64,000 bases of DNA from Candidatus Bathyarchaeota archaeon (GTDB taxonomy: Archaea > Thermoproteota > Bathyarchaeia > 40CM-2-53-6): positions 1 to 64,000 of the forward strand of contig CAWHWX010000016.1 of the NCBI GenBank assembly GCA_963833125.1, read 5' to 3'. The notes beneath the pieces are model-generated. The model saw only the letters and a program-made list of their open reading frames with translations, was not told the DNA's origin and ran no database searches. Numbering within the stretch: position 1 is the stretch's first letter; the number at the start of each line of letters is the position of its first letter. Both the position numbers and the translations under genes were made by a program. This document shows, piece by piece, positions 61,769 to 64,000 of the stretch.

Positions 61769-64000
61769 ATGACCATTTCATCCTTGATCCCCGATTCAGC
61801 AGCCCTCCTTGCGCTTAGACGGGAGCAACTGGGCTGTCCATTGCTGAAAGTTATCAACTCCCTGCCTGATGGGCAACGCAACCGGTACAACTATCTGATC
61901 TCGCCAGATTCGACGTTTGGCTATCCCCAGAACCATCATGAGCGCATCAAGGAAGCACAGAACGAAGCTTGGGAGTGGCTTCGCTCGGAGGGTTACGTTG
62001 CGCCTCGCCCAGGGAGTTCAAATCGCGATTTCGTATACGTCACCCAAAAGGGACGCGAATACTTGAAGACCTGCTCAGACCAGGTTAGCACGTCAGCGCC
62101 AACGAGCCCTCAAGGTCAGGAAACGACCGAAACAGACGCCGGAGTGCTGTCTCAACAAGAATCTCTCCCTAGCGAAGACTTGGCCAACCTCCCCCCTTGG
62201 CAGCGCGCCGCATTAGCTGCGCGCTGTGTTATGCGCGTCGCTCCTCTATTCGTGCCGACCGCAAGCCGTCCCATCCCGGATGCGAAGGCGGACCTCATCG
62301 CGATAGAGGTTTGTTGGATGGTCGCGGCACTCGCCGGCCTAGGCAAGGCCTCTAACCATGACATGGTGGGAAGAGTGGTCGGTGCGGCACTGAGAGCGCG
62401 CGATGCTGTCGGCGGTTCGCCGCCGTGGGGATTCGACGCCGCAAATGCCGCATGGGCTGCTGCTCATGTGGCTTGGAATTCTGATTCCGCACCACAGAAT
62501 CTTGTAGAGGAAGCTGAGCGGTCCCACGAGCCCGCTTTCGCCAAATACAGTGCAAGCGCCAGTGGTCTGATAACCATCAGTAGTAAGGCGACAGCCTGTC
62601 TCTCCAAAGATTTTATCGCACTACGTGAGCTCGTCCTTGGACCGGAGCCTGACACTGTTGTTATGCCAGCTTTCTTTGAGCGTTCGCTATGGTTCGGCGA
62701 GCTTAATCCGTTGGAGTTCCTGAGTCCGTTGCTAGGTCCCTGGCGAATCAAACTTTACGAACTCGGTCTCAAGGACGTCTACGAACGCCACGTTCGAATG
62801 CTTCACGGTGGTGGAATCGATTGGGAGGATGCGGAGCGACGTATCCAAGGATGGGCTGCTGAAAACAGTCTTGTGCCAGTCGCGCAGACGGGCATGGATT
62901 ATGTTCGCGTCGCAGCGAATATTCAATCTCCAAAGATCCCAGCCGGCCGCCCCAGTTTGCGCATGTTGGCAGATACACCCTTGACTGACGATGACGCCGA
63001 CCGACTTGATTTTAAGCCCTACGCAGACGCGCTGGCCGGATTGATTGACAGCCCAAATACCGCTACCCCGCTCACGCTCGCGATCAACGCGCCATGGGGC
63101 GCCGGTAAGACGACTCTATCTATGATGATTAAGAGGCGTCTGGAACAGAAGCTCGCGGCCGACGAGTACCTTCCGCATGCAACCTGTTGGTTTAATGCGT
63201 GGATGCATGACGACGCTTCTCACCTAGCTTCAGCATTCGCCGCTTACGTTGCGCACTGCGCTAACCATTTCCGGTCGCCCGTGAGTTGACTGGTCCGGCC
63301 TCTCCCCGACGGGCTCCTGGGCTCGAAAGAGCGTACGCGCCGCTACATCGGCGTGGTCGGGGTAATTCTCCTTTCCGCAGTCTCGTTAGTTATACGCTTG
63401 TCGCCTTTCGCTCCGAGCGTGGTGCAAGGGTGGCGAGACTATTTTAAGGTTACCTATCCGGGAACCATCGGTTTATGGATTCTGCTGTTTATCATGATCA
63501 TCAATGCGCTTCAGATTGTAATGCCTGCTGCGAAAACTGTGTCCGAGTTTGTAAAAGATCCGAAAGGAGTGGCTGCAACGGCCTCGATGCAGGAAGTCAG
63601 TAAGCAATTGGGGCGACTGATCAAGCAGGCAACGCACGGGCGCAGGAAATTCGTGATTTTTGTGGATGATTTGGAACGATGTCGACCTCCGCGGCCAGTT
63701 GATGTGTTGGAAGTTGTAAATCAACTTCTGAATCAAGAAGGAGTAGTAACGGTCGTTGCTGCTGATATGCCTGCAGTCGCGGCGTCTGCCGACCTGAAAT
63801 ATCAGAGTCTGGCTCAATTCTACGCTCCAACCGGATCGAACGCGTCTGGAAACGCTAGCGGAGATTTTGGGCGTACTTTCCTCCAAAAGATAATACAGCT
63901 TCAGTTTGACATACCTGCCCATTCGACGACGAAAATAAGAGGCTTAGTGGAAGCGTTAGCTAGCCAGATTGACCAACCTCCAAAGACAGCTACGAACACG
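61769..64000 (+). CDS. KAP-family P-loop NTPase with N-terminal extra domains; in-frame TGA at 63287; runs off the window
   Basis: DRLDF..YA, APWGAGKT, WFNAW; after the TGA the same frame gives two TM segments, FVDDLERC, FLQKIIQLQFDIP. Confidence 0.85.

Noticed and set aside
63287-63289. Selenocysteine or programmed read-through
   Set aside because: Not a catalytic Cys position and no clear SECIS hairpin; a Trp-to-stop change or base-call error is simpler.

Overview
About 64 kb of a large conjugative element (ICE or plasmid), GC about 60%, probably from an Acidobacterium given the PadR + duplicated orphan permease pair. The backbone runs almost entirely on the minus strand. Right to left it carries a type IV secretion/transfer region (MoxR ATPase, VirB1, two VirB9-like, VirB10, pilin-like genes, VirB3, VirB4, two VirB5-like, VirB6, VirB8, VirD4, MOBC/Replic_Relax-type relaxase), then a leading-region-like block (Gp3-like recombination protein, AEP primase, stand-alone NrdJ C-terminal domain, M28 peptidase, DUF1257/DUF2997/radical SAM/AAA/DUF3150 module, SSB, PRTRC ubiquitin-like cassette, DUF6094 methyltransferase). 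Two tyrosine-recombinase elements are nested in it: a RIT element (391-3902) and a 9.5-kb three-recombinase + RecD2 element (8674-18139). Main highlights: (1) a ~920-aa single-subunit two-barrel (YonO/cellular RdRP-like) RNA polymerase with a DFDFD catalytic motif inside the tra operon, behind a highly structured leader; (2) the 9.5-kb element sits in the Y-W-L-D codons of PRTRC thiF and carries an intact replacement thiF that differs at exactly that site; (3) non-coding signals: three 26-bp repeats at exact 91-bp spacing with sigma54 boxes, a ~10-copy iteron-like array, a 12-bp promoter motif shared by three loci, and a candidate oriT. Many backbone genes have 1-nt frameshifts that are probably long-read errors. 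All family calls come from motif recognition by eye; no searches were run.
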